Assembly (NCBI GenBank): GCA_039808625.1
Contig: JBDHTK010000001.1
Coordinates: 1-58,602 of the forward strand
DNA length: 58,602 bases
Direction of reading: 5' to 3'
Origin: Devosia sp.
Lineage (GTDB): Bacteria; Pseudomonadota; Alphaproteobacteria; Rhizobiales; Devosiaceae
Numbering within the stretch: the first letter of the stretch is position 1; each line of letters opens with the position of its first letter. Shown in pieces: positions 40,279 to 49,705 of this stretch. The translations under genes and the position numbers were made by a program. The notes beneath the pieces were generated by a model that did not search any database, had not been told where the DNA came from, and worked only from the letters and a program-made list of their open reading frames with translations.

Positions 40279-41532
40279 GTGAGGGTAATCGGAGCAGGAA
40301 CGATATTGGGGCTCCTCATGGCGGCAGCCGTGCCGGCGCAGGCCGAGCCCGTCACCGTCCAGTTCGTGGACTGGAAGCTGAACGACTCGCAGGCGATCCT
40401 GAACTTCTATTCGTCGGTCGCGGCCGAGTTCGAGGCCGCCAATCCGGACATCAGGATCGAACTGGTGCCGGTGCAGTGGGAGCAGCGGGTCCAGAAGTTC
40501 ACCACCGAAGTGCAGGCCGGGCTGCCGCGGGACGCGATCCGTCTTTCGAAGGACGATCTCGTGTCGCTCCACCCCCTGCTGGAGCCGCTGGGGCCGCTGC
40601 TGGTGGAGGCGGGGATCACCGGGCTGGTCGAGGCCATGCCGCAGTCCATCGTGCGCGACAGCCTCACCTTCGACGGCGAGCTCTACGGCCTCGTGCACAA
40701 CGTGTCGGCCGACGGGCTCATGTACAACAAGCGGATGTTCGAGGAGGCGGGTCTCGACCCCGACAAGCCGCCGCGCACCTGGGAGGAATTCCGCGCTTAT
40801 GCGGAGCGTCTGAACAAGCCGCCCCAGCAATATGCCTACGGCATGTTCGGGGCCAAGAGCGCGTCGTCGGCGCGGCGCTGGCTGCGGGTGTTCTGGGACG
40901 CCGGATGCGAGTTCATCGCACGCGATTTCACGCGGGCCACCTTCCTCGACAAGCCCGAATGCATCGCGGCGTTCACGCGCGAGATCAATTTCGCCACGGT
41001 CGACAAGTTCACGCCGCCGGGGGCCGCGAGCGCCGATTTCGAGTTCGTCATCACGGCCTTCGCGCAGCGGCGTGTCGCCATGCATGCCGGCGGCTCGAAC
41101 AACGCGGCCATCGCGGATTCGCGCAATCCCGGCATCCTCGGCGAGCTGGCACTGGCCCCCATGCCGGAAACCGGCGCGGCGCTGGTCAATGGCGACGTGA
41201 TGGCGATCCCCAAGGGCGCCAAGCACCCGGTCGAAGCGATGCGCTGGCTCGCCTTCCTCAACAGCAAGGACATGCAGGTGCGCTCGGCCCTGGTCCTCAA
41301 CGCCACGCCGGCGCGCGCCGACGCCATTGCCGACGAACGCATCCAGGCCGACCCGATGCTGGCGTTCAGCCCGCCGCCGGAGGCGCTTTTTGCGGGCTAC
41401 AGCACGCCGAAATGGCCCGAGGTGCAGGAGGTGCTGTTCGACATGGTGCAGGCCGCGCTGCTGGAAGAGCAGACGCCGGAAGAAGCCCTGCGCGACGGTG
41501 CCAAGCGCATCGACGCGATCCTCGCCGACTGA
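40279..41532 (+). CDS. Carbohydrate (CUT1) ABC substrate-binding protein
   Basis: Signal peptide; FEAANPDIRIE; YNKRMFEEAG; PPRTWEE; GTG 40279 after GAGGAG. Confidence 0.88.
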   Translation: MRVIGAGTILGLLMAAAVPAQAEPVTVQFVDWKLNDSQAILNFYSSVAAEFEAANPDIRIELVPVQWEQRVQKFTTEVQAGLPRDAIRLSKDDLVSLHPLLEPLGPLLVEAGITGLVEAMPQSIVRDSLTFDGELYGLVHNVSADGLMYNKRMFEEAGLDPDKPPRTWEEFRAYAERLNKPPQQYAYGMFGAKSASSARRWLRVFWDAGCEFIARDFTRATFLDKPECIAAFTREINFATVDKFTPPGAASADFEFVITAFAQRRVAMHAGGSNNAAIADSRNPGILGELALAPMPETGAALVNGDVMAIPKGAKHPVEAMRWLAFLNSKDMQVRSALVLNATPARADAIADERIQADPMLAFSPPPEALFAGYSTPKWPEVQEVLFDMVQAALLEEQTPEEALRDGAKRIDAILAD

Positions 41533-41551
41533 CGTCGCCCGGGAGTGCGCC

Positions 41552-42427
41552 GTGAACCGTTACGCAACTGTCGGCTACGCGTTTATCGCCCCGTCGGTGG
41601 TCCTCATCGCCCTGACGCTGATGTATCCAATGCTCGAGGGGCTGAATATCAGCCTGTTCGAAATGGGTATCGACTTTCAGCGTCGTTTCGTCGGTCTGGA
41701 CAATTATCGCGAGGTGCTGACGAATCCGGCATTCTGGTCAACGGTCTGGCGCACTCTCTATTTCTCGCTGGTCAGCGGCGTGGCGAGCCTCGCGCTCGGG
41801 CTCGGCCTGGCGCTGCTGCTCGACATGCAGGGCTTGTGGTTCCGCGCGTTCTGGCGGGTGCTGTTCATCGTGCCGTGGACCATCTCGCATGTCGCGGCCG
41901 GTCTTAGCTGGAAATGGATCTTCGACAGCCTCTATGGCGTCGCCAACGACACGCTGATGCGCGTCGGTCTTATCGCCGAGCCGATCGTCTGGCTGGGCAC
42001 GCGCGACTGGGCGATGTTCGCCGTCATCGTGGCCAATGTCTGGCGCTCCTATCCTTTCGTCATGCTGCTGCTGCTGGCCGCGCTGCAGACCATTCCGCGG
42101 GACCAGTATGAGAGCGCGGCCGTCGACGGCAGCTCGCCCTGGCAGCGCTTCGTCTATGTGACGCTGCCGCATCTCAGATTCGCCATCTTCGTCGCCACCG
42201 CCATGGACTTCATATTCAATGTGCGCCAGTTCGACCTCATCTACGTGATGACCCGCGGCGGGCCGCGCGACAGCACCGAGATGATGTCGACGCTGGTGAA
42301 CCGGCAGGCGTTCGAGTTCTTCGACTACGGCGTGGCGGCGGCCACCTCGATGGCGATGCTGGTCATGCTCGTGGTCGCGACGCTCGCCTATCGGCGGCTG
42401 ATGCGCTCGGCAAGCGAGGTGCTGTGA
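41552..42427 (+). CDS. Carbohydrate ABC permease (MalF-like)
   Basis: FVGLDNY, YESAAVDG, MTRGGP; GTG start. Confidence 0.88.
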   Translation: MNRYATVGYAFIAPSVVLIALTLMYPMLEGLNISLFEMGIDFQRRFVGLDNYREVLTNPAFWSTVWRTLYFSLVSGVASLALGLGLALLLDMQGLWFRAFWRVLFIVPWTISHVAAGLSWKWIFDSLYGVANDTLMRVGLIAEPIVWLGTRDWAMFAVIVANVWRSYPFVMLLLLAALQTIPRDQYESAAVDGSSPWQRFVYVTLPHLRFAIFVATAMDFIFNVRQFDLIYVMTRGGPRDSTEMMSTLVNRQAFEFFDYGVAAATSMAMLVMLVVATLAYRRLMRSASEVL

Positions 42428-43269
42428 TGACGCCACCGCTTGCCCGGCGCCTGCGGCGCCTCGTGCTCAATCTCGTCGTCATGCCGGCGCTGGCGCTCGC
42501 GCTGCTCTTTCCCATCATCTGGATGGTCGTCGTGTCCTTCCAGACCGAGGCGGAGACCTATGCGACACCGCTGGTCTGGTGGCCGTCGCAGATCGACCTG
42601 CGCAACTATGTGCGCATGTGGGAGGCGCTCGACTTCCAGACCTATTTCATCAACACGGCGATCGTCGCCGGCGCGACGACGATACTCGCCATCCTCGTCT
42701 CGGCCCCGGCCGGCTACGCCCTGACGCGCTACCGCTTCCGCGGCGCGGAGGCGTACGGCACCTTTCTGCTGGCCACGCAGATGTTTCCGCGCGTGGTGCT
42801 CATCGTGCCGTACTTCGTGCTCATGCGCAGCCTGGGGCTGGTGAACACCTACCCGGCTCTCATCCTGATCTACGTGTCCTTTGCGGCGCCTTTCTGCGTG
42901 TGGATGCTGCGCGGTCATTTCCTTGCCATCCCGACCGATCTGGACGAAGCGGCGCTGGTCGACGGCTGCGGGCCGTTCGCCGCCTTCTGGCGGGTCGTCC
43001 TGCCGCTGACGATGCCCGGCGTCGTGGCTACCGCCATGTTTGCCTTCCTCGTCGGGTGGAACGAGTTTCTCTTCGCGCTGGTGCTGACGACCGACCAGAA
43101 GATGTCGGTCATCACGCTGGGCCTTGCATCGCTCATCGGCGAGTACCGCACCCAGTGGAACGAGCTCATGGCGGCGACCGTGGTGAGCTCGATCCCGGCG
43201 ATCGCCCTCTACGCCGTCCTCGAGCGCTTCCTCGTTGCCGGGCTGACAGCGGGCGCCACAAAAGGCTGA
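42427..43269 (+). CDS. Carbohydrate ABC permease (MalG-like)
   Basis: LDEAALVDG, WNEFLFA, GLTAGATKG; ATG 42427 (or GTG 42424). Confidence 0.88.
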   Translation: MTPPLARRLRRLVLNLVVMPALALALLFPIIWMVVVSFQTEAETYATPLVWWPSQIDLRNYVRMWEALDFQTYFINTAIVAGATTILAILVSAPAGYALTRYRFRGAEAYGTFLLATQMFPRVVLIVPYFVLMRSLGLVNTYPALILIYVSFAAPFCVWMLRGHFLAIPTDLDEAALVDGCGPFAAFWRVVLPLTMPGVVATAMFAFLVGWNEFLFALVLTTDQKMSVITLGLASLIGEYRTQWNELMAATVVSSIPAIALYAVLERFLVAGLTAGATKG

Positions 43270-43286
43270 TAAACGGAGACTATGCT

Positions 43287-44393
43287 TTGAGAATCAAGTC
43301 GATCACCGGGTATGCCCTCGCCGTTCCGAGGGCACCCTTCAAATGGCGCCGCGGGTTTCCCGCCGGAGGCGAGATCAGGCGGCCGTTCCTTTTGAAGATC
43401 GCCACGGACAGCGATGTCGAGGGCTATTGCTTCGGCCTCGGGCAGGCCGAGGAGCTCGGCATCGTGCTCGAAAAGCAGGCCGGCGAGCTGATCGGCGTGC
43501 CGGTCAGCGAGCGCGAGGCGATCTGGCAGAAGTACTGGGATCGCGCGCGCCCCTCCAACGACCTCGTGGCGCTGCTCAGCATGATCGACGTGGCGCTGTG
43601 GGACATTGCCGGCAAGCGCGCCGGTCTGCCGCTCTATCAGGTGCTCGGCGCCTACCGCCACAAGATCAGGGCCTATGCCAGCACGTTCACGCAGGACACG
43701 GTGGAGGACTACGTCCGGCTGGCGCAGGACTGCGTCAAGCGCAACTACCGGGCCATCAAGATGCACCTGTTCGGCGAGGCGCGCGAGGACATTGAGGCCT
43801 GCCGCGCCGTGCGCGCTGCGGTCGGCCCCGACATCGCGCTGATGCTCGACGCGTCGGCCGCCTACACCTACGAAAGTGCGCTGTGGGCCGGCCGCGAGCT
43901 CGAGAAGCTGGGCTTCGAGTGGTTCGAGGAGCCGGTGCGCGACTACAATATGCGCGTGCTCAGCGAATTGCACCGGCGTCTCGACGTGCCGCTGTGCGTC
44001 GCCGAGATCAGCATGGACGGGCTGTGGGACGTCGCCAATCACATCCGCGCGCGCACCGGCTCGCTCGTCCAGGCCGGTTGGGCGCGCAAGGGCGGCGTCA
44101 CCGGGCTCATGAAGATCGCGCATCTGTGCGAGGCCAACGGCATGCGCATGCAGATCCATCGCGGCGAGATCCCCAGCCTGCATGTCGGCCTTGCCATCGC
44201 CAACTGCTCCTATGTCGAGCAGATCGTGCCCGAGGATTCGTTCCACTTCTGCCTCAGAACGCCGCCGATCGTGCCCGACAGCGACGGCTATGTGCGCCCG
44301 CCCGAGGGGGCGGGGCTCGGCTACGACATCGACTGGGACGAGGTGGCGCGGCGCACCGAGCGGGTGGTGAGCGTCGGCGAACAGGCAGAGTAG
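43287..44393 (+). CDS. Mandelate racemase/muconate lactonizing enzyme family protein (KxH type)
   Basis: DVALWDIAGK, AYAST, IKMH, MLD/FEEP/AE ligands, QIH, GLG; in-frame TTG 8 nt after GGAG. Confidence 0.85.
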   Translation: MRIKSITGYALAVPRAPFKWRRGFPAGGEIRRPFLLKIATDSDVEGYCFGLGQAEELGIVLEKQAGELIGVPVSEREAIWQKYWDRARPSNDLVALLSMIDVALWDIAGKRAGLPLYQVLGAYRHKIRAYASTFTQDTVEDYVRLAQDCVKRNYRAIKMHLFGEAREDIEACRAVRAAVGPDIALMLDASAAYTYESALWAGRELEKLGFEWFEEPVRDYNMRVLSELHRRLDVPLCVAEISMDGLWDVANHIRARTGSLVQAGWARKGGVTGLMKIAHLCEANGMRMQIHRGEIPSLHVGLAIANCSYVEQIVPEDSFHFCLRTPPIVPDSDGYVRPPEGAGLGYDIDWDEVARRTERVVSVGEQAE

Positions 44394-44396
44394 AGG

Positions 44397-45593
44397 CTAT
44401 CGGTAGGCCGGCTGCATGGCGCGCGCGTAGCTCCCGGGCGAGACGCGCCAGTAAAGCATCGCAGCGACGGCGATGCAGCACAGGTGCAGCATCCAGCCGG
44501 CGGTGAAGCCGCCGGTGAGGTCGTGCAGGACGGCGACGATCCAGGGCGGCAGCGCCGCGAGCAGGAAACCGCCGCCCTGCATCAGGGCGGCGAGGGCGCC
44601 GGCCTCGGACGGATCGGGGCGATGGTCGAGCGCGACCACCATCGACAGCGCGAAGCAGCCGCCCAGCCCGGCCCCGAGCAGGGCGGCCCAGAGCGCGGGG
44701 GCAAGCGCGGGCAGCAGCGCCAGCGCGCAGAAGCCGACTAGCTGCAAGGCCAGCGTCAGCCATAGCCAGGGGCGGCGATCCTGTAGCCGGCCCGTGAGGC
44801 CGGGCAGGATCAGCGCGGCCGCCGCCTGACATAGCGCCATGATGGCGAGCAGGCCGCCGCTGGCGGCGGCGCTCCAGCCGAGGTCGCGATAGAAGGGGGC
44901 GAGCCAGGCGACGGCGGTGGCGTAGCCGCCGTTGACGAGCCCGAAGCAGGCCATCAGCAGCCAGGTCCGCGGCCGCTTGAGGAAGCGGCCGGCGCTGGAC
45001 GTGCGCGCAGCTATCCGCGTCTCCCGCGGCAGGCTCGCGACGACGAGGCCGAGGGCCAGCAGAGCCGGCAGAGCCATCCAGGCCAGCCCGGCATGCCAGT
45101 CTCCGGCGACGGACGAAACCAGCGGCGCCAGTTGCGCGCCGAGGGCGCCGCCACCCATCAGCATGGCCGAGTAGAGCCCCATCGCCGGGCCGACATGCTG
45201 GGGAAAATAGCGCTTGATGACGCCGGGAAACATGGCCTGCAGCACAGCCGCGCCGAGCCCGAGCAGGGCGGCGGTGGCCACCATTTGCCAGGCCGTCGCA
45301 ACGAAGAGGCGGAGCAGCGACGCGATGGCGAGGAGGACGAGCGCCGCGACGATCGGAAGCCGCGCGCCGATGCCGGCTTCCAGCGCCGGGCCGGCGAAGG
45401 CCAGCGCCCCCATGAGGAACATCGGCACCAGCGTCAGCAGCGCGACGCCCTGCAGACCGAGGCCGGTCTGTGCGTCGATCGCGGCGGCGAGGGGGCCGAT
45501 GCCGGTGATGAAGGGCCGCAGGTTGAGCCCCACCAGCGCGATCGCGGCGAGTAGCAGCAGGCGGCCGGTAGTCGGCGCGGTGTCCGCTTGCAT
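44397..45593 (-). CDS. CynX/NimT family MFS transporter
   Basis: GLNLRP, PGVIKRYF, GLYSAMLMGG, QDRR, MQGGGF. Confidence 0.85.
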   Translation of the reverse strand: MQADTAPTTGRLLLLAAIALVGLNLRPFITGIGPLAAAIDAQTGLGLQGVALLTLVPMFLMGALAFAGPALEAGIGARLPIVAALVLLAIASLLRLFVATAWQMVATAALLGLGAAVLQAMFPGVIKRYFPQHVGPAMGLYSAMLMGGGALGAQLAPLVSSVAGDWHAGLAWMALPALLALGLVVASLPRETRIAARTSSAGRFLKRPRTWLLMACFGLVNGGYATAVAWLAPFYRDLGWSAAASGGLLAIMALCQAAAALILPGLTGRLQDRRPWLWLTLALQLVGFCALALLPALAPALWAALLGAGLGGCFALSMVVALDHRPDPSEAGALAALMQGGGFLLAALPPWIVAVLHDLTGGFTAGWMLHLCCIAVAAMLYWRVSPGSYARAMQPAYR

Positions 45594-45782
45594 CGCTAGC
45601 GCGCCGCCGTTGCGGCGAGCGTCCGGGCGATCGCGCGATGGCCGGACCGGTGGGCGTGCCGCAGCGCTGTGCTATCCACGCCCGCCGGATAGACAGCGAT
45701 GTCCGCCGCGACTGGCGTTTTCACGATTGCGCTTCCCCTGCAAGCCGTCCCGACAGCAGATAGGAAGCGATGGCGCCATTTG

Positions 45783-45797
45783 ATAATTAAATGTTAT
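45783..45797. promoter_or_regulatory. LysR-type T-N11-A box
   Basis: ATAA-N7-TTAT in the AT-rich divergent region between cynX and lysR. Confidence 0.5.
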
Positions 45798-45845
45798 AAT
45801 GACTTGCATCGCAATTATGAATGATGTCGATCCGGCGGAGGCAAC

Positions 45846-46730
45846 ATGCTCGATCCGCGCCTGCTGCGGACCTTCACCGCCATCGTCGAGGCGGGAAGTT
45901 TCACGTTGGCCGCCGAACGGCTGCACATGACGCAATCCACCATCAGCCAGCAGCTCGCGCGGCTGGAGGACGGCGTCGGCGGCGTCCTGGTCGAGCGGGC
46001 GGCGCGCCCGGTCGTGGCGACTGCCGCGGGCGAGCGGCTGCTTGGATATGCGCGCCGCCTGCTGGCCCTGCAGCAGGAGGCCGAGGCCGCCATGGGCGAT
46101 CCGGCCGGCACCGCGGCCATCCGTATCGGCCTGCCCGAGGATATCGTCAGTCCGGCGATGGCGCGGAGCTTTGCCGCCTTCGCCCGGCAGCATCGCGACG
46201 TTCGGCTGGACGTCACCTCGGGCCTGAGCCGCGAGTTGACCCGGCGCTATCGCGACGGCGACCTCGATATCGCCATCGTCAAGCAGAGCGAGCCGGCGGC
46301 CGACTGCCGGGCGGCCTTTCGGGAGCCGCTGGCATGGTTCGAGGGCGTCGGGCCGCCGCGCACCTGGCCCGATCCTTTGCCGCTGGTCGCGTTTCCGCCG
46401 GGCGGGCTCTACCGCGAAACGATGTTCGCCCGCATCGAGCGGGAGCAGCGTCGCTGGTACGTCGCCGTCACCGGCAGCAGCTTGCACAATGTCCTTGTCG
46501 CCGTGGAGGCGGGGCTCGGCGTGTCGCTGCTGCCCGTCAACGCGACGCGGAGCTCCCGCGTTCGGCGCCATACCGAGCTCGGCGTCGAGCCGGCGATGAG
46601 CGTCGTGCTTTATGCCAGGGAGAGCGCCGGTCCTGTCGCCGAGCTGGCGGCGTCGGCACGCGCAGTGCTCGCCGCCCGGGCGCGCCAGGGCATTTCCAGC
46701 GCCGATTCTACGGATGACAAGATGATCTAG
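45846..46730 (+). CDS. LysR family transcriptional regulator
   Basis: LRTFTAIVEAGSFTLAAERLHMTQSTISQQLARLE; IRIGLPED. Confidence 0.92.
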   Translation: MLDPRLLRTFTAIVEAGSFTLAAERLHMTQSTISQQLARLEDGVGGVLVERAARPVVATAAGERLLGYARRLLALQQEAEAAMGDPAGTAAIRIGLPEDIVSPAMARSFAAFARQHRDVRLDVTSGLSRELTRRYRDGDLDIAIVKQSEPAADCRAAFREPLAWFEGVGPPRTWPDPLPLVAFPPGGLYRETMFARIEREQRRWYVAVTGSSLHNVLVAVEAGLGVSLLPVNATRSSRVRRHTELGVEPAMSVVLYARESAGPVAELAASARAVLAARARQGISSADSTDDKMI

Positions 46731-46740
46731 AGCGGTGATC
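46727..46740 (+). repeat. Direct repeat, right copy (candidate island boundary)
   Basis: CTAGAGCGGTGATC, 13/14 identical to 26985-26998. Confidence 0.55.
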
Positions 46741-47968
46741 CAGCGTTGGGCGCGAGCGGCGCCGGACGTATGGCGAGGGCGCGGAAGCGGGGCAGGGCGA
46801 GTGGCAGCAGGGTGGCGGCGAGGTAGAGCCCGCCGGCAATGGCGAAGGCGAGCGGCAGGCCGCCCAGCGCGACGAGGGCGCCGCCGAACAGGCCGCCGAA
46901 CGGAATCAGCGTCCAGCACATGGCGTTGACCAGCGCCGTGACGCGGCCGACCAGCGCCGGCGGAATGCGCTCGAACATCACCGCCGAAATGATGGGATTG
47001 ATGAAGCCCGAGGCGAAGCCGGCCGCTGCCAGCACGGCGAGCGTCGTCGCAAGGGGCGTGTCGAGGGCGAAGACGGCAAAGCGCGGCGCGCCGGTGACGA
47101 GGAAGGCGAGCGTATAGACCGCGAGCCGCGGCAAACGCTCGGCGAGGAGCGTCGCGAGGGCGGAGCCGAGCACGGCGGCTGCCGAGAACAGGGCGAGCAG
47201 CAGGCCGAGCAGCGCCGCGTCGCCGCCGCGGCTGGCCCAGACCGGCAGGAGCACGGTGGCGTAGGCCTGGTCGAGCAGGTTGGTGGCGGCGATCATCATG
47301 GCGAGGCCGACCAGAACCGCGTCGTGGCGGAACCAGCGCCAGCCTTCGCGCAACTCGGCGACATAGCCCGGGGACACCGTGGTGCTGGCAAGGCCGATGC
47401 CGGCAAGGCCCCGCCAGACGATCAGTGCCGAGATGCCGAAGGCCGCGGCGGTGGCGGCGATGGCGGGCGCCGGCCCGATGGCGGCGACGACGCCGCCGGC
47501 GAGGGCGAGGCCGATGGCCGAGGCCAGCCGCTCGACGGTGCCCATGACGCCGGTGACGCGTTCGAGCGGCAGGCCGGCCGCGGCGGCGATGGCGGGCACC
47601 ATCGCCTGCTTGGCGGCGTCGGCCGGCCCGCGCAGCGCGCCGAGCAGCATGACGATGGGCAGGAGGATGGCGAAGGCCAGGAGGCCGAGGGCATGGAGGG
47701 CCGGTATCAGCGCGACGGCCGCCAGCGCGCCGGTATCGCCGGCAAGGGCGATGCGGCGGGCGCCGAAGCGGTCGATCAGCGGCCCGGCGAGCGCCTTGAC
47801 CACGACATAGGGCAGCATCTCGGCGAGGCCGGCGACGCCGGTGAGGATGGGATCGCCGGTGGTGGTGAGCACCAGCCAGGGGATCGCCACCATCGAAAAG
47901 CGCGTGCCGGCGAGCGAGACGATCTCGGCCAGCCCGAGCGCCACCACGGCGCGGTGGAGCCGCCTCAT
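46727..47968 (-). CDS. MFS transporter (DHA3/MFS_3 efflux-like)
   Basis: VAIPWLVLTTTG, GPLIDRFG, ERIPPALVGRV; many TM segments; ATG 47968 overlaps the regulator stop. Confidence 0.82.
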   Translation of the reverse strand: MRRLHRAVVALGLAEIVSLAGTRFSMVAIPWLVLTTTGDPILTGVAGLAEMLPYVVVKALAGPLIDRFGARRIALAGDTGALAAVALIPALHALGLLAFAILLPIVMLLGALRGPADAAKQAMVPAIAAAAGLPLERVTGVMGTVERLASAIGLALAGGVVAAIGPAPAIAATAAAFGISALIVWRGLAGIGLASTTVSPGYVAELREGWRWFRHDAVLVGLAMMIAATNLLDQAYATVLLPVWASRGGDAALLGLLLALFSAAAVLGSALATLLAERLPRLAVYTLAFLVTGAPRFAVFALDTPLATTLAVLAAAGFASGFINPIISAVMFERIPPALVGRVTALVNAMCWTLIPFGGLFGGALVALGGLPLAFAIAGGLYLAATLLPLALPRFRALAIRPAPLAPNAGSPL

Positions 47969-48573
47969 CTGTCCTCTCCGTCGACGGGGTCGAGCCCGGG
48001 ATAGGGGAAGGCGTGGAGCAGCACGGTGAAGGGGCGCGTGCCGGGCGGGTCGGGCGTGCCGGTGGGCGGCGCGGCCGCCTTCGCCTCCCACAGCAGCGCC
48101 ATGAGCCGCCCGGTGAGCGCCTTTGCCGCGTCGGCGCCGATCGCCATGGTGAAGTCGCTGGCGGTCGACGCCTCGCGCCACGCGACCGGCAGGTCGCGAT
48201 AGGCGGCGTGGGCGCGGCGCATCATCAGCGTATGGGAGGCGATGATGGCCTGGCCGAAGGCGAGGCCGGCCTCGAGATCGTCGCCGCTCAGGCCGGCCGT
48301 CTCCGAAATGGTGGATTCGTGCGCGGCGCGCCACCAGCGGTCGCGGCGATTGCCCAGCTCGTCGGCGGGCTCGATGAAGCCATGCGCGGCAAGCTGGCGC
48401 AGGTGGTAGCTGGCGGCGCCGGAGTTGAGGCCCAGGCGGCGCCCAAGGGCGGTCGCCGTCGCCGGGCCCTCGAGCCTCAGCCGGCCCAGCAGGCGCAGCC
48501 GGTCGGGGTGGGCGAGCGCCTTGAGAGCGGTGACATCGAGAGTGACGGACGAAATGGCGCGGGGCTCGGACAT
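47965..48573 (-). CDS. ArsR-like winged-HTH regulator with C-terminal extension
   Basis: LKALAHPDRLRLL...GPATAT...SYHLRQLA.HGFI...RDRWW. Confidence 0.85.
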   Translation of the reverse strand: MSEPRAISSVTLDVTALKALAHPDRLRLLGRLRLEGPATATALGRRLGLNSGAASYHLRQLAAHGFIEPADELGNRRDRWWRAAHESTISETAGLSGDDLEAGLAFGQAIIASHTLMMRRAHAAYRDLPVAWREASTASDFTMAIGADAAKALTGRLMALLWEAKAAAPPTGTPDPPGTRPFTVLLHAFPYPGLDPVDGEDR

Positions 48574-48588
48574 GCCGCTACCCTATTA

Positions 48589-48622
48589 TCGCAAATAAAA
48601 TTTTGCAAATGAATGTTTGCAA
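48589..48622. promoter_or_regulatory. Overlapping GCAAA-N6-TTTGC palindromes, candidate autoregulatory operator
   Basis: TCGCAAATAAAATTTTGCAAATGAATGTTTGCAA, 15 nt upstream of the regulator start. Confidence 0.6.
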
Positions 48623-48636
48623 TCAGCTGCCGCGGT

Positions 48637-48696
48637 GTCATGCCCGTGCAGGCGGAGCACAGTCTGTCAGTCCGTGATGCCCGCGCAGGCGGGCAT
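48637..48696. repeat. Two tandem REP-like palindromes
   Basis: GTCATGCCCGTGCAGGCGGAGCAC (48637) and GTGATGCCCGCGCAGGCGGGCAT (48674); same 6-8-6 family as 74-98. Confidence 0.55.
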
Positions 48697-48759
48697 TGGC
48701 GATGAGAGTGCGACGAGCGACGGACCGGGAGGGTATGTACGTCTTCTCGGGAGAGCCGT

Positions 48760-49515
48760 TCAGCCGGCGCGTTCGATCCAGCCGGAAACGCCTTCGGCGG
48801 TCTCGATGCGCAGCCAGCGGCCGCGGACGTCGAGGATGCGCACGCGCGTGCCCGGATCGAGGGTCAGCACGCGGCTGGCGGAACCGCGGGGCTGGGCGCG
48901 CACCGGCAGGCTGGCCGCGACACGGGCGGTGCGGCCCGCCAGTGCGTTGTCCGGCGCGCCCTGCACCACGGCGCGGGCTGCGGGTGGTTCGGGCGTGGCA
49001 GCAGCGGTCGTGGCGACCGCCGGCGCGGCGCTGGCCAGGTAGCGGGCCGAGACGAAGCCGGTGCGGCCGTCGTCGAGCGTCACCTCCACCCAGCCGCCGG
49101 TGGCCGTGCCCACATGCACGGGCTGGCCGGGCGACAGCACCGCGACCTTGGCGGCGCTGCCCGAAGGGGCGGCGCGCAGATTGAGGGCGGCGGCGCCCAC
49201 ATGGTCGAGCGTGAGGCCCGAGAAATCGGGCGCGGCGACGGGCTGCGCAACGGCCTGTTGCGGCGCCGGAGCGGCCGTTGCGACGCGGATGGGCCTGGTG
49301 TCCTCGGTCTCCTGCCGCGGGGGCGGCAGCGGCGGCAGCTTCTGGCCGAGCAGCACGGCCAGCTTGTCCTGCGGGCGGGCGGGATCGAAGACCGGCGGCG
49401 CGGCCGTATCGACGGAGGCGACGGTGGTGGCGTTCTCGCCCGGAATGAGCAGCATCGCCCCCAGGCCGAGAGCGAGCAGCGAGACGATCACAATGGCGCG
49501 GGAGCGACGAAACAT
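48760..49515 (-). CDS. Membrane-anchored/exported protein with two SH3b domains
   Basis: N-terminal hydrophobic helix, Pro/Ala linkers, LNLRAAPS...GWVEV...GFVSARYL and LPVRAQP...RWLRI...GWI. Confidence 0.82.
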   Translation of the reverse strand: MFRRSRAIVIVSLLALGLGAMLLIPGENATTVASVDTAAPPVFDPARPQDKLAVLLGQKLPPLPPPRQETEDTRPIRVATAAPAPQQAVAQPVAAPDFSGLTLDHVGAAALNLRAAPSGSAAKVAVLSPGQPVHVGTATGGWVEVTLDDGRTGFVSARYLASAAPAVATTAAATPEPPAARAVVQGAPDNALAGRTARVAASLPVRAQPRGSASRVLTLDPGTRVRILDVRGRWLRIETAEGVSGWIERAG

Positions 49516-49705
49516 CTCCTAACCTCCACCCGTATCAAGACTGTCGGCGCTGCAGGGTTCCATGCGCAACCCCGATGACGGCCTTGTGAGCCCGCCGGGC
49601 AGCCGTCGCGGCGGCGGGGCGCCAGCCGGCGCTCCGCCCTGTGCGGCAATCGAAGTCGACGTGTCGCGAGGCTTACTCGACCGAAAACGCGGCAAAGCAG
49701 CGATT

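Noticed and set aside
45594-45780. Possible gene remnant or small ORF between cynX and lysR
   Set aside because: Translations show no recognisable family or ribosome-binding site.
48637-48696. Two repeats 37 bp apart as a mini-CRISPR
   Set aside because: Only two degenerate units, spacer ~13 nt, and no cas genes.
49531-49561. ECF-type promoter (GGAAC...GTCT) upstream of the SH3b gene
   Set aside because: Spacer is shorter than the usual 16-17 nt; too weak to call.
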